DNA of 64,000 bases from Azolla caroliniana (Eukaryota > Plantae > Polypodiophyta): positions 12,028,001 through 12,092,000 of the forward strand of contig JBHGNT010000013.1 of the NCBI GenBank assembly GCA_043228905.1, written 5' to 3'. Shown one piece after another: positions 14,253 to 27,863 of the stretch (within the stretch, counting starts at the first letter, position 1; the number at the start of each line of letters is the position of its first letter). A program made the position numbers and the translations under genes. The notes beneath the pieces were generated by a model that saw only the letters and a program-made list of their open reading frames with translations, did no database searches and was not told the origin of the DNA.

Positions 14253-17200
14253 CTCCCCCTCAAGCTCGATTTGAGGCTCTTCGGGATCTTCCGGATCACC
14301 ACTCCGGTTCCTCCTGGCTCCATGCCTCGCTCGAGCTCCTCGGCCTTTTCGACTCCGTGCGTTTCGACCCTTCTGGTCGGTACGACCCTTCACAGTTCCC
14401 TTGCTGTCGCAGTGTTGGCGCTTCTCCTGCTGCCTTCTTTTCCGCTTGGCCCTCGGTTGATTCAGTGTATTCGAATCAAACACTCGAACCGACTCGGCTA
14501 CCTCCGATTGGTTTTTGCTCTCGTCCGAGTTGGCTGTCTCCAACTCGTCTTCGGTCTTCTCGCCTGTGACGACATCATCTCCCCCATGCTTGGTTGACTT
14601 TGGCTCTTTCTTCCGGCTGCTTCCCTTATGTCTGCTTTCAGACTCTTCCACGGATCCACCCTCGGCTTCTTCAGCCGATCCAAAGTCGAATTCGTCATCC
14701 GACTCGGCGCCACGGTCTTTTCCGTTGCTTTCCTGCTCCCTTCTGTGGTCATTTGGGACGTCTCTCCCCCTCAAGTTCGGCACATCGAGGTGACGCAACC
14801 CAAGCGCACCCGAGAATTGCCGCAACTTTTCTAGACCAAGAGGCTTGGTGAAGATGTCGGCGGTCTGCCGATTCGTCGGAACATACTGAAGTTCGACTTC
14901 ACCAGAAAGGACACGCTCACGGACAAAATGGTAGTGCACCTCAATGTGCTTGGTCCGTGCGTGGAAGACGGGGTTCTTCGCGAGCTGGATGCTGCTGAGG
15001 TTGTCGCAGTAGATTGTCGTCGGATTGAACACCTCCACCTGCAGATCCTTAAGTAGCCGCTTCAACCATATGGCTTCGCCTGTCGCGACAACCGCTCCTC
15101 TATACTCGGCTTCAGTGCTCGACAGTGCAACTGTCGGCTGTTTCTTGCTACTCTACGCTATCACGACACTCCCAAGAGAGAACGCGTATCCGGACGTGGA
15201 TCGGCGATCGGCGGCGTTGCCAGCCCAATCAGCATCGGTGTAGCCAACCAACTACGGGGCTACACCGATCCGAAATAGCAGTCCCCGGTCCTTAGTGCCG
15301 GTTACATACTGTAGTACGCGTTGCGCACACTGAAGGTGCTCCTCGGAAGGTCGCGCCATAAACTGACTGATCACCCCGACCGGATAATTGAGATTGGGTC
15401 GGGTGATGGTCAAGTATATGAGGCTGCCGACTATCTGTCGGAACCTCGTTGGGTCGCATACGACTCGGGGCAAAGCTTGACAGTTCTATCCAGAGGAGTC
15501 GAGATGGACTTACAGTCTGCTATCCCGAATTTGAAGAGCATATTCAGCGCGTAATGACGTTGGCTGATCAGTATGCCTTCGGGGGTGCAGACCACTTCGA
15601 TCCCAAGGAAGTAATGAAGGTCCCCCAAATCCTTCATGTCGAATGATGCCGCAAGTTGGAGCTTCACGTGGTCGATTTCAACTAGGTCAGCGCTGGTGAT
15701 GACCAAGTCATCAACATATAGTAAAATACTAACCGGCCTGAGTCGACCTTTCCGGATGAACATGGAAGAGTCCGATTTTGATGTTGCAAAGCCCATCCGA
15801 CGCAGTTGCTGCGTGATCTTCGCGTTCCAAGCACGCGGGGCTTGCTTCAATCCGTAAAGGGACTTCTTCAATCGGCACATTGCCGAGGTGTTCGTTTCGG
15901 AGTGAAATCCGGGGGGCTGTACCATGTACACCTGTTCCTCAAGCTCACCTTGCAGGAACACATTCTTTACATCCATCTGATGTAAGTGCCACCCCTTTGC
16001 CGCAGCTACCGCGAGCAAAACACGGACGATCGTCATCTTCGCGACCGACGCAAACGTCTCATTGTAGTCGATGCCGTGTTTCTGCGCGTAGCCTTTTGCT
16101 ACTAACCGGGCCTTGTAGCGGTTGACCGAGCCGTCGGCGTTGTACTTGACCTTGTACACCCACCTACATCCGATCGGCTTCACACCCTTTGGTGCGTCAA
16201 CCAGGTCCCAGGTCTCGTTTTCCGCCAATGCGTGCATTTCTTCCTTCATCGCGGCGCGCCAGTTCGCATCCTTAACCGCTTTTGCGTGGCTCTCCAGCTC
16301 ACGCACTTCCGCTACACGGGTCATGTACGCATAATGATGCGCCATGTACTCGTTGTATCCGAACCACAGAACTGGGTTCTTCTGGCGGGTAGATCGGCGT
16401 AATCGGTCTTTAGCCGATGTCGAGGTCTTCTCGGCCAACGCGGACTTCGCTCTTGAAGACCCGTCACCGCTTTCCTCGGAGTTGGACTCGCGTCGGTCAG
16501 ACTCGTTTCTATCCGTGCCGGAATCTGACACCTTTTTCTTCCCTTTCTCTTTGCGTGTAAGCCGTCTCCTCGGCTTCCTGCGCGGGGAATGTACGGCCAA
16601 GTCTCCACTACTCGCCGGCTCTTCATCGGACTGGTCGAAACGACTCAGTCGTCCATTCGGTCCACTTAACCGAAACGAAATCGGACTCTCTTTGCGGGTC
16701 CCGATTTCAGGCTCATCTGGAGGCATCTCAGTCTCGCTGACCTCATCGTCAGAACCCAGATTGGAGGTGAGGTCCGGAGTCGGGGGCAAGTACCAGGATG
16801 CAGACTCATCAAACAGAACATCGCGGCTCACGCGCGCTTGTTTGGTACGCGGGTTATAGCACTTATAACCCTTCTGCTCGTTCGAATAGCCGACCAAGGT
16901 ACACTTCTCGGCTTTCGCGTCCAACTTCCTCCTTTTCTCCTTCGGCACATGCACATATGCAATGCTACCGAAAACTCGTAAGTGTCGCAAGTTCAGCTTC
17001 GTTTCGAAATATAGCTCGTGCACCGACACTTTATCTCCGATCCGATTCTGGATGTATACCGCGGTCCTTACCGCCTCGGCCCAGTAGAACTTGGGCAAGC
17101 TCTTCTCTTCCAGCATTGCCCGTGCCGCTGAATTCGCGTCGTGTATCTACAACTGAATTCGCGTCGAATTCCCATCTGTTGTAGATAACCATTGAATTGG

Positions 17201-17329
17201 CCGGAAAAGTACTCTTTTCCGCCATCCGACCGCAGGCACTTGATCCTTCTCCCTGTTTCCATTTCCACAAACCCTTTGAGGTCCCGTAAGTAGTCGAAGA
17301 CTTCGCTCTTCCTCTCGATGAGGTAGATC
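14247..17329 (-). pseudogene. Copia A pol 3' part: integrase C-half, RT (YVDD), RNase H and a charged C-terminal extension
   Basis: ORFs 15431-17116 (ARLVAKGY, QMDVKNVFL, LLYVDDL), 15252-15473 and 14247-15065 (KNPVFHARTKHIEVHYHFVRE). Frameshifts and stops are present. Confidence 0.95.
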
Positions 17330-17440
17330 TGTCATGAACACATGACCATTATGGCGTCACACGGATTGAACCTCGAACCTTGTAATCCATACTTGAAAAC
17401 CTCAACCATTAAGATAGCTTATTGTTATATGAAACAATAA

Positions 17441-17486
<46 letters not shown>

Positions 17487-17505
17487 TTGTAACCATCCTG
17501 AAACC

Positions 17506-18670
17506 ATGGCTGCCATTAACTCAGAAGAATATCTCACCCATGTTGCAGAAATGGAGAACCTTAAATCCAAGTTCGCATCTCTTGAAGTAGAGAATCAACG
17601 TCTACTTGGGGATCTACAAAAGGTTACTATAGAGAAGCAACAACAACAAGAGGAGTTCACGCGACGAGTGCAACAGTTAGAGTTGACAATCGTAGTGTTA
17701 CAACAACAAAGGGTTGAAGGTAAGGGACTTATCAAGGAGCCCAAAATTAGCCTCCTAGCTAAATTTGATGGGTCGAGGGCGCATTTCCGAGGTTTCTTGA
17801 ATCAAGTACGGTTGGTGATTCAAATGCATTCCGTGCGTTATCCAACAGATGCATCACGAGTCGGGCTAGTGGGCACCTTATTGACTGCCATAGCGTTGTC
17901 GTGGTTTGCTCCATTGCTAGAGACCAATTCTCCTCTACTGAATAATTTTGAGGAATTTATCAAGGAATTTAAGGCTTATTTCGGAGATACTGATGGGGCG
18001 AGAACAACTATCAACAAGATTCGTACACTTCGTCAAGGTGATCAACCAGCTTCGACATATGCTGCCAATTTCCGTCTCATCGCAAGCGATATTCCTTGGG
18101 ATGAACAAGCCCTAATGGAGCAATTCCGTTCAGGCCTTCGTAGTGATGTCAACGACTTACTTCTTACCTTCCCCGAGGATCCAAGGTCACTTACAAAAGC
18201 TATTAGTCGAGCAATACGGTGTGATAATCGCCTTTTTGAGCATCGATGTGAGCGACAACAACAAATAACAAGATCAAGATTCACACCAACTTATGCATCA
18301 GTAACGGCGCAATCATCCCCAAGGCAAATGTATAGCCCTGCTCCAACTCCAAGGCAAACACGTAGTCCAGTCCCTATGGATAGTCCTGCACCCATGGAGA
18401 TCGATATGACTCAACGACAAGGACCGTTGTCAGACGAAGAGAAGCAACGTCGTTGAGCAAACCATCTATGCTTATATTCCGGAGGTCCAGGACATATAGC
18501 CATTCATTGCTCCCGTAGGCCGAGACGTCAGGTAAATCAAATTCACTATGACAATGAAAATGAGTCCAACATTTTAGAAGCAGTTAGTGAATCTAATATT
18601 ATGAATAATCCACCCTTGTCCAATAAATTTGAAGTCCTAAGCCAATTAGAAGAGGAGTCAAACGAATAAG
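17506..18670 (+). pseudogene. Gag of the Tcn1-like element (premature stop at 18454, degraded zinc knuckle)
   Basis: MAAINSEE...EPKISLLAKFDGSRAHFRGFLNQ...LRQG....YAANFR; coiled-coil-like N-terminus. Confidence 0.9.
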
Positions 18671-18695
18671 TCCGGCCAAAATAGGAGCCATTTGG

Positions 18696-21600
18696 TTGGA
18701 CAACCCCAGATATGTACAACCTAGTGTGGGTTCCCTTTCTTCCAAGCATGTTAGTAGAGTCTTCTCAGCCCTAGTACAAGTTAGGACACCTAGTTGTCAA
18801 CTTCAAGTCCAAGCCCTCTTAGATACTAGAGCCAATTCTTGTTTCATGGATAGAGATTTTGCCCAAAAGCACCAAATATCCTTGCATACACTTCCTTGTC
18901 CAGTTTCCGTAGTAGTGATTGATGGACGCCCCATAGCTTCCGGGAAGATATTTGAAGAGTCTGAGCCAATACACATACTCTTGGGTGATTTAGGATGTGT
19001 AGTTTCCTTTAACATAATCCGTAGTCCTGAGCATCCAATTGTCCTCGGTTTGCCATGGTTCGAGCTACATAACCCTAGAATCGATTGGAGGAAGCGAGAA
19101 ATTAGGTGCCCTTTAGCAGAAAATATCATTGTCAAGAATTGAACTCAGGATTATCCTCCTAAAGTATATAGTTCTACCGATGCACCATATCCTTCTCATC
19201 AAATTTCAGCCATCACATTGCAACAATTGTGCCAAGTGGGAGGCAAGGAGGACCTTTTCTTATTTGCAGTATCAGTGACACCTTCTAGTGTCACTCAAGG
19301 GAATTCAGACATCCAAATTCCCAAAAAATATCAAGACTATGCCGATGTTTTCGACAAAGTCAAAGCTAGTGTTCTTCCAAAGCATCGACCGTACGACTGT
19401 CCTATTGATCCCCAACCAGGAAAAGAGCCACCGTGGGGTCCGATTTACAATTTATCTCCCATTGAGCTTGAGGTTCTTCGAGAATACATTGAGGAAAATC
19501 TTGCACATGGGTTTATTCGACATTCAAAGTGTCCAGCTGGTGCCCCTATCTTTTTTGTGAAGAAAAAGGACGGCTCCCTTCGTTTGGTCGTGGACTATCG
19601 AGGCTTAAATAAAGTCACCATAAGGAATAGGTATGCTTTACCTTTAATCTCCAATATTTTAGAATGCATTGGTGGGGCAAAGCATTTTACCAAAATTGAT
19701 CTAAGGGGTGCATATAATCTTGTTCGAATTCGGCCGGGAGATGAGTGGAAAACAACATTTCATACTCGGTATGGTCATTTCGAGTATACAGTCATGCCTT
19801 TCGGGCTCACAAATGCACCTGCAGTATTCCAACATATGGCAAATGCCATCTTCTAGGATTTCTTGGATATTTTTCTAATCATCTACCTAGATGATCTATT
19901 GATTTACTCTAAAACACAGGGGGAGCATGATATACATGTGCGGCAAGTACTTGAACGCCTAAGGATGTATGGTCTTTATGCCAAACTTGAGAAATGCAGT
20001 TTTGATTGCAAACAAGTCGAATTTTTGGGATACACTATTTCATCCCAGGGTGTTTTCATGGACCCGGCAAAAGTCCAAACAATATTGGAATGGAAACCCT
20101 CATGCTCAGTTCGGGATGTCCAATGTTTCCTCGGATTTGCGAGCTTCTATCGCAAATTCATACATAATTATTCAAGCATTGTGTTGCCCCTTACTCAACT
20201 CACCAAGAAAAATCAAGCATTTTTTTAGAGTATTGAAGCGGACAAGGTTTTACGCAGCTGAAAGAGGCATTCACATCAGCACCCATCCTAGCACATATTG
20301 ATCCTGAAAAGCCATTTACTATTGAGGCAGATGCATCAGACTTTGCATTGGGGAGTATCCTATCGCAACCAGGTGAGGATGGGCAGCCACATCCCGTCGC
20401 GTTTCACTCGAGAAAATTTATTGTTTCGGAGATAAACTATGAGGTGCATGCCAAGGAGTTACTAGCTGTGGTCGACTCATTTGAACAATGGCGTCATTTT
20501 CTAGAAGGATCACCTCATCAGATTATCATTTATAGTGATCACAAAAATCTCACATATTTTCAAACAGCTCGAGTATTAAATAGACGCCAAGCTCGGTGGG
20601 CCCAATTTCTAACGCGTTTCGATTTCAAGATCATTTTTCGCCCCGGAAAACAACAAGGGAAAGCAGATGCTTTTTCTCGACGTTCGTATCTAGCACTTCG
20701 ACCTGGAGATCCGGCCTTTGACAATCAAAAGCAAATTCTCCTCGGGCCATCAAAGCTACAGGTAACAACAATTTATGTCACGCCACTTGATTCTACCCTT
20801 CTTGACACTATTCGGCAACAACTTCATTTAGATGATTTCGCTAAGGATGTCTTAGCCCACTGTGGTTCAAGTCGTCCATCTTGCTCCACATTGCCAGGGT
20901 CATCTCAACATTATCAAGACTTCAAGTGGCAAGATGGCTTACTCTTCTACAAGAATCTCCTTTACGTCCCCAACGGATCACCCCGACTTCAAGTGTTGGA
21001 ACATTGTCATGATGCCCCCATGGCTGGACATTTTGGTATTTCCAAGACCATTGAGCTGGTGAAACGTTTGTTTTGGTGGCCTCACTTGCAAAAATTTGTC
21101 GAAGATTATGTTCGCACTTGTGACACTTGCTGTCGCGCCAAAATACCTCGACATCACCCTTATGGCTTACTACAACCATTACCCCCTCCCAACAAGCCAT
21201 GGCAGTCTATTTCTATGGATTTCATTACGGATCTGCCACCTTCCAAAGGCTTTGATACTATTTAAACAGTAGTGGATCGGTTCACCAAGATGGCACATTT
21301 TGTATCATGTGTAAAGACCATCAATAGTGAAGAAACTGCAGATCTCATTATGCGGGAAGTGTTTCGCCATCATGGTCTCCCGAATGATATTATTAGCGAT
21401 TGAGGTCCTCAATTTATCTCACACTTTTGGAAGCACCTATGGGCAGGCCTCAAAATCTCTTGCAAACTCTCTTCGGCTTATCATCCACAAACTGACGCAC
21501 AAACAGAGCGCACAAATCAAACGCTCGAGCAATATCTTCGATGTTTCATTAGTTATCAACAAGATGATTGGAGTAATATTTTACATCTTGCCGAGTTTGC

Positions 21601-22324
21601 ATACAACAACACGGTCCACTATTCTACCAAAGTTACACCTTTCTTTGCCTACATTGGCAACCACCCTCGATGGTGTCTATTGGATCTTCCAGAGGTGTCA
21701 CGAAACCCTAGTGCGGCGCATCACCTCCACTGACTACAACAAATCCAGTTCGAGTTATCGTCACATCTTCAGAAAGCGCAAGCACACCATAAGACCAATG
21801 CCGATCGATATCGTCTTAAGTCTCCGTTTAAGGTTGGTGACCGTGTATGGTTGCTTTGTTGTCACATCAAGACTACCCGACCGTGTGCTAAGCTTGACTA
21901 TCAACGCTTAGGTCCTTTTGTCATCACGGCGCAGATTAATGATGCAACATTTCGTCTTAACCTTCCTGCACATATGCGGCTTCACCCTGTCTTTCATAGC
22001 TCTCTTTTGGAACCTTGCAGCACCTCTTTAATTCCTAATCATGTCGTGCCACCACCGCCTTCTGTACAACTTGTGGACGGCCCCGAATACGAGGTAGCTG
22101 TTATTCTCGATTCTAAGATTGTGTGCAATAAGCTTTATTATCTAGTTGATTGGCTTGGCTATCCTCCAAGTGATTGCACTTGGGAACCCATTGATAATGT
22201 TTGTAATGTTGAAGCTCTGGTCAACGACTTCCATCGTCACTATCCAAACAAGCCCGGCCCAACAATGTTAACGCCGACTTCCACTTGGCGTTCTCGAAGG
22301 AGGGATAGTGTCATGAACACATGA
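18696..22324 (+). pseudogene. Pol (PR-RT-RH-INT-chromodomain) of the Tcn1-like element, broken by stops and frameshifts
   Basis: ORF fragments 18696-19142, 19218-19856, 19863-20228, 20348-21265 and 21851-22324 carry the canonical motifs. Confidence 0.95.
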
Positions 22325-22741
22325 CCACTATGGCGTCACTCGAACTTGAACCTCGAACCTTGTAATCCATACTTGAAAACCTCAACCATTAAGATAGCTT
22401 ATTGTTATATAAACAATAAAAGCTACTTCTTGTATTACATTACTTATTGTAAAACCTCTAGATTATTCTAGAATGTTCTAGAATGTCCTAGATCATTCTA
22501 GGTCTAGAACATTCTAGAAATCTCTAAGCTATTCTATAGGAACCTATAAATAAGGGCACACATGTATTCTCAAATCAATTCGAATCAACACCAATATTTA
22601 GCTCTCATTACATATCTTGTATCCATTCTCTTTCTTTCTCTATCTTATACATCCATTCTTCTCTTAGTATTTCGTTCCTTTCTTCTCGTGTTCTCTAATA
22701 TCCTTCTTCCATCACTCTATCTTTTATCCTTGGTTCTGACA
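22309..22741 (+). repeat. 3' LTR of the Tcn1-like element
   Basis: TGTCATGAAC...TCTGACA. The first ~115 bp match 17330-17443. Contains CTATAAATA. Confidence 0.93.
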
Positions 22742-22746
22742 AGATC

Positions 22747-24439
22747 CATGTGTGCCGCGTGTAGTCGTCGATGAAGGAGACGAAATATCGGCTCCCGCCA
22801 AGACTAACGTTTTGTGCCGGCCCCCACACGTCAGAGTGTATCAAGTCGAGCTTGTTCCGGCTCCGGTTACGCTCGTTGGGGAAGGGAAGTCAGTGTTGCT
22901 TCCCAAGCTGGCAGGCTTCACAAATTTGTGCCTTCCGGCCACTAAATTTGGGCAATCTGAACACCACCTGTTTCGATTGCAGGTCTTGAAGCCGCTGGTA
23001 GTTGACGTGACCTATCCGCTTGTGCCATAAGTCGATGTCCGACTGGACTTTTTGTCCCTTTGCGAACATTGCGGTGCCACCGTCAGTAGAGTCGAGGATA
23101 AACATCCTCCCATCTCTGCGCCCTTGCGCAATAACACGACCTTCTTCCTCAATGAAGCACCCGAGGTGTGTAAACCGGACCTCCATCCCTTAGTCGACGA
23201 TCTGCCCGATCGACACCAGATTCTTCGTGATGGTTAGGACGTGTAACATGTTCATAAGTTTCCCTTTCTGCCCGACATGGCTTAAGGGAACTTCACCGAC
23301 ATTCGTGATTGGATGCGGAGTGTCGTCTCCGGTTGCGACTACTCCTGGTTGCGTCGGTTTCTCAAGGTATGAGAACCACTCCTCGTGGCACGTCATGTGG
23401 TTTGACGTGCCGTAGTCGACGTACCACACCTCCTTCGACTTCGGGGTGATCTTCTTCATTGAGTTTGCTTCATGTCTCGTCACGAAGACTGTCCCTTTTC
23501 CGGCTTTTCCGGATCCTTCAGCGTAGTGCGATCGCTGCCGGTTTCCTTTGTCGGTATGTCCGGAACCAGATCCGGACCCGGTCCTCTCCGACTCGACGCA
23601 CTTTTTCCAACACTCGCTCTCCCTGTGGCCTTTCTTGCCAGAGTACTAGCATTCCGCGGTGGATTTCCCTTGCCGGTTCTCATCGCATCGACTCCCCCTT
23701 TTTCCGGAGGGTCCGGAATTGCTGTCGGCGCATCAGTTCGGTGCCTTCTTCCTTGATCCTGGCGGCCGCCTCCATTGCGTACCAACTCGCCTCGTCTGAC
23801 ACGACCACGGGGCCTATCTCCCTCCGTGTACAACATCTTGCTGTCGGTGTGCGTGCTCGTTGATGCACACACGTGGTTCTCCTCTACTAGGAGCATCGAC
23901 TGTAAGTCGAAAAAGGACAACGTATTCTCTCGGGTACACACAACAGTTCGGAACACACCGAACTTTGACGCCAAACCCCCGAGATAGACCTGGACCATCT
24001 CGCTTTCCTCGATGTTCACATCGATGGAAGCTAAGGATTCGCATATGTCCTTGATCTTCGAGGTATAGTCAGCCACCGACAAATCGCGTTGTCGTAGGTT
24101 GCTCAACTCCCGTTGGAGCTGAACCTTCCTAGCTGTGGTGGTCGCGGCGAAAATCTTCTTCATATTTTCCCACGCACCGTTCGGCGTTTTTGCATCCCGA
24201 ACGTAGCTTAATAGCTGTTCACCCACACAAGATGCGAAGCAGTACAACACTCTGCTCGCCGATTGTTCCCACGCCGGGAAGTCTTTGTGTGTCGAATCGG
24301 GTGCTGTGTCATTTGCACCATCAACATAGCTCCAGTAACCGTGTCCAAGCAGGCACTGGTGCATCTTGTAAGACCAAAACGCGTAGTTGTTTCTGTCGAG
24401 CTTCTCTATCAGAAGCGAGCTAGCCATTCCTCTGTCCAT
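22747..24439 (-). pseudogene. Copia A gag, protease and integrase N-part
   Basis: EKLDRNNY..W, WYVDYGTSNHMT, WHKRIGH, CEACQLGKQH. Confidence 0.95.
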
Positions 24440-24521
24440 CGGTTTTCTTGTTCTTCTTCGTTGGTTTTTCCTTCAAGCAAAGTTGGCTGCAGAGGTTCTC
24501 AACCCTTGCGTTCTGATACCA

Positions 24522-24974
24522 TGAAAAGAATGGCGTGCGGAATCAATATAGAAAAACCAAACAACAGAAAACGTAGGTTTAATGGAAAGCTTAGGTTTGC
24601 ACAGTACGCACGGGAGAGACAGAGAGAGAGTAAACACAAGAACTTAATTCAAAAAATAGTACTCAATCTGTACATAGGATGTGCTCAGTGAGCACTTTTA
24701 TACAAGCCTTGACAATCGGGTTGGCACAAGTACTGACAGTACTTGACTGCTCATAAATGAGCCTCAACTCTTACTCCCAAAACTATTCCTTACGAGGAAT
24801 ATCTTTCTAACGGCCTTTCGGTTTATGCACCATTACGACCTTCCTACGCACCAGTTTGCGTACCGGTTTACGCATCCGTTTTACGCACTGGTCCGGCTTA
24901 ACCGATCGGTCCCAACCGATCCGGTCCTCGGCTTGCTCAGCCGATCTGGCCGATATTGAGCTTGTCTCTCAACA
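24522..24974 (-). repeat. 5' LTR of Copia A
   Basis: Direct repeat of 13813-14252, followed on the minus strand by the PBS. Confidence 0.97.
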
Positions 24975-27863
24975 TAAGAGTATTTTCGCGTTCCCGTGTG
25001 GCATCTTTGATAGATTTATCCACCCATTTAATTTTAAATTCTCGGATTATTTTTGTACGGAGATTTCTTGTTTTAACATCGAGAATTCTTTCTGGTACAT
25101 GTGGTTTAGAAGATAATTCTTCAGAAGTAATTAGAGTTTCAGTTGTAACTGTATTGTTGCCAGAATCTAGAAGTTCTTTTAGACGACTTACATGAAAACT
25201 TGGATGGATTTCAACGCCATCGGGAAGAGCGAGACGATAGGCTGATGAAACAATGAGTTTGAGGACTTGAAAAGGTCCACAAAACCGTGGGACTAACTTA
25301 GCGCACTTACTCGTAGACGATGTCTTAGAATTGTGAGGTACACGTAAAAATACCTTCTGTCTAGGGTTGAATACACGAGGTTGCCTATTATGATCGGTGT
25401 AAAAACGCGCTCTATCTTGAGTTGTTTTTATATTATCTCGTGCAATGTGCCACATATCTTGCATATCCCAAAGAAAGTTTTGCGTACTTCACAACTCATC
25501 AGGATGTATATTAACATCAATTGGGGCTCGTGGCGGAAAACCATACATCAACATAAAAGGACTATATCTCGTCGACGTATGCTTGGAGCTGTTATAAACA
25601 AACTCCAAAATTGGGAGATAACGTTCCCATTTTGTTGGTTTTGCACCAACGTATCCTCGAAGCATGTCCTCAATAATTTGATTTACTCGTTTTGTGTGTC
25701 CATCAAATTGAGGATGATCCGTGGAGCTCATGCTCAACGTAGTTTCTAACTTCTTAAAGACTTGTGTCTAGAAGTCACTAGTAAACTTTGGATCTCGATC
25801 ACTCATGATATCCATTGGTAACCCATAAAAACGAAATAACTCGTCAACGAATTGGTAAGCCAATTCAGGAACTGTTACCGTGGTTTTAGTCGCAATAAAT
25901 CTAGCCATTTTAGCTAGTCTATCAACCACAACCCAGATGGCATCATGGCCTTTTTGGGTGCGGGAAAGGCTAATAATAAAATCCATGGATATACGTTCCC
26001 ACTTATTATTGGGAATGTCCAAGGGATGTAAAAGTCCTACGGCTTTAAGTCGCTCGGCTTTGTTAACCTAACATTGGTGACATTTTGTCACGTAGCTATG
26101 TATGTCCGGACGCATCTTAGGCGAATAGAATTGAGTGGAGATGAGAACGAGTGTATGATGTATTCCAGGGTGCCCTGCCGAGGGTGCATCATGGCATTAA
26201 AAAAGAATTCTCTTTTTGACCTCATGCAAATCTAGAACACAAACCTTCCCATTACGGTAGAGCAGACCATTAGCAATGTGGAAGTATTCCTTTGAGGATG
26301 TGGCGGTGTTTGTTCCAGACTCAACTCTTGACCAGTATTTCGCAAAATAACTGTCATTAGGATACTTTCCTCGAAGGTGATCATAAAGATCTAATGTTAT
26401 TTTAGTGAAGCTAAACATGTTAACTTCACGGATGCGACTTAGTGCATCAACGACAGTGTTCATGGAACCTTTACAATATCTTATGGAAAAATCAAAGTCC
26501 TGGATGAGATCAACCCATCATGCCTTACAACCTTTTAGGTCTTGTTGGTCACAAAAATATTTCAAGGACTCGTGGTCCATAGTTACCACAAAATGATTTC
26601 CATAAATATAATGGCGCCATGTTTTGAGTGCATGTATAACTGAAAATAATTACTTTTCTTGAACGGTATACTGACATTGAGCAGAATCAAGTTTCTTACT
26701 TTCGAATGCTATTGTTTACCATCTAAATATAAGACAACACCTATAGCATAATCTCTTGCATCGGTTTCAACTTCAAAAGGTTTTGAAGGATCGGGTAAAA
26801 GAAGCGAAGGAGCCTTGCAAACCAGGTCCTTGAGTTCCTTAAAGGCAAGGTCTAGTGTAGCATTCCACACAATAGGTTTTGTAGACTTTTAGAAGATCAG
26901 TAAATGGCGTCGTCAATTGGGAATAATTACGAAGGGATTTTCGCAAAAACCCGACAAAACCAAGGAATGATCGAACTTCTCGAATATTCCGAAGAGTGGG
27001 CCAAAGTTTGTTTTTCTCGATGCGAGAAGGATCAATTTCAACTCCTCGTTCGGTTATCAGATGTCCAAGATAAGTAATTGATTTCTTGAAGAACTCGCAT
27101 TTTGAGATCTTCGTGTAGAATTGCTTGTCGCGCAATGTTTGTAAAACAAAGCAGACATGTTTAACATGTTCTTCTAATGTATGACTATAAACTAGAATAT
27201 CATCCAAGAAGTAACGACAAATTTTCCAAGTTTTTCTCGGAAAATGTCATTCATTTCTTGTTGAAATGTGGCCGGAGCATTGGTCAAACCCAAAGGCATA
27301 ACCAAAAAACTCATAATGGTCATAACGTGTAGCAAATGCCGTTTTAGGAACATTGTCCTCACTTATACGAATTTGATGGTAGCTCGTACGAAGATCAAGT
27401 TTCGTAAAATATCGAGCTCCCTGGAGACGGTCAATTAGATCATCAGCCCAGGGCAACGGATATGAATTCTTGATCGGCACTTTATTCAGACGTCGGTAAT
27501 TAATACACAGACGCTGTGTGCCCTCTTTCTTTTTTACCAAGAGAAAAGGTGCACCCCATGGAGATTTACTATAACGTATATAACCCATTCGTAAATAGTC
27601 CTTGAGCTGCTTAGATACCTCATCCTCTTCGGATCGACTTAAGCGATAAGCAGGTATACTTATTGGTGCAACGCCAGGTACAATATCTATACAATGGTCT
27701 ATATTACGTTTAGGAGGTAACCCATGTGGTAGTTCACTCGAAAAAACATCACGAAAATCATTTAAGATTTCATTGAGTTGTTGTTGTTCAAAATATGATA
27801 ATTGACCCGAGACATTATCAATATTGTAAATGTGAATGTCCGAATCAAGTATACAATAAAATA

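Larger units (their letters stand above)
17330..22741 (+). mobile_element. Tcn1-like Ty3/Gypsy chromovirus (classical chromodomain) nested in the Copia A integrase, TSD AGATC
   Basis: AGATC at 17325-17329 and 22742-22746. The 3' LTR is 22309-22741 after PPT GAAGGAGGGATAG. The 5' LTR is retained only for about 17330-17443. Domains are gag (PEG10/sushi-like), PR, RT (YLDD), RH, INT (HHCC, GPF) and chromodomain EYEV..ILDS...YLVDWLGY....TWEP. Confidence 0.95.
13813..24974 (-). mobile_element. Element A: Ty1/Copia LTR retrotransposon, TSD TAAGA
   Basis: LTRs at 13813-14252 and 24522-24974 (TG...CA). TAAGA at 13808-13812 and 24975-24979. Met-i-type PBS TGGTATCAGAAC (plus 24510-24521) and PPT AGGGGGAG (14253-14260). 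Domain order gag-PR-INT-RT-RH. Confidence 0.97.

Noticed and set aside
22335-22365. GGTTCGAGG B-box-like motifs on the minus strand of the Tcn1-like LTR
   Set aside because: This is a short local repeat with no A box at the right distance.
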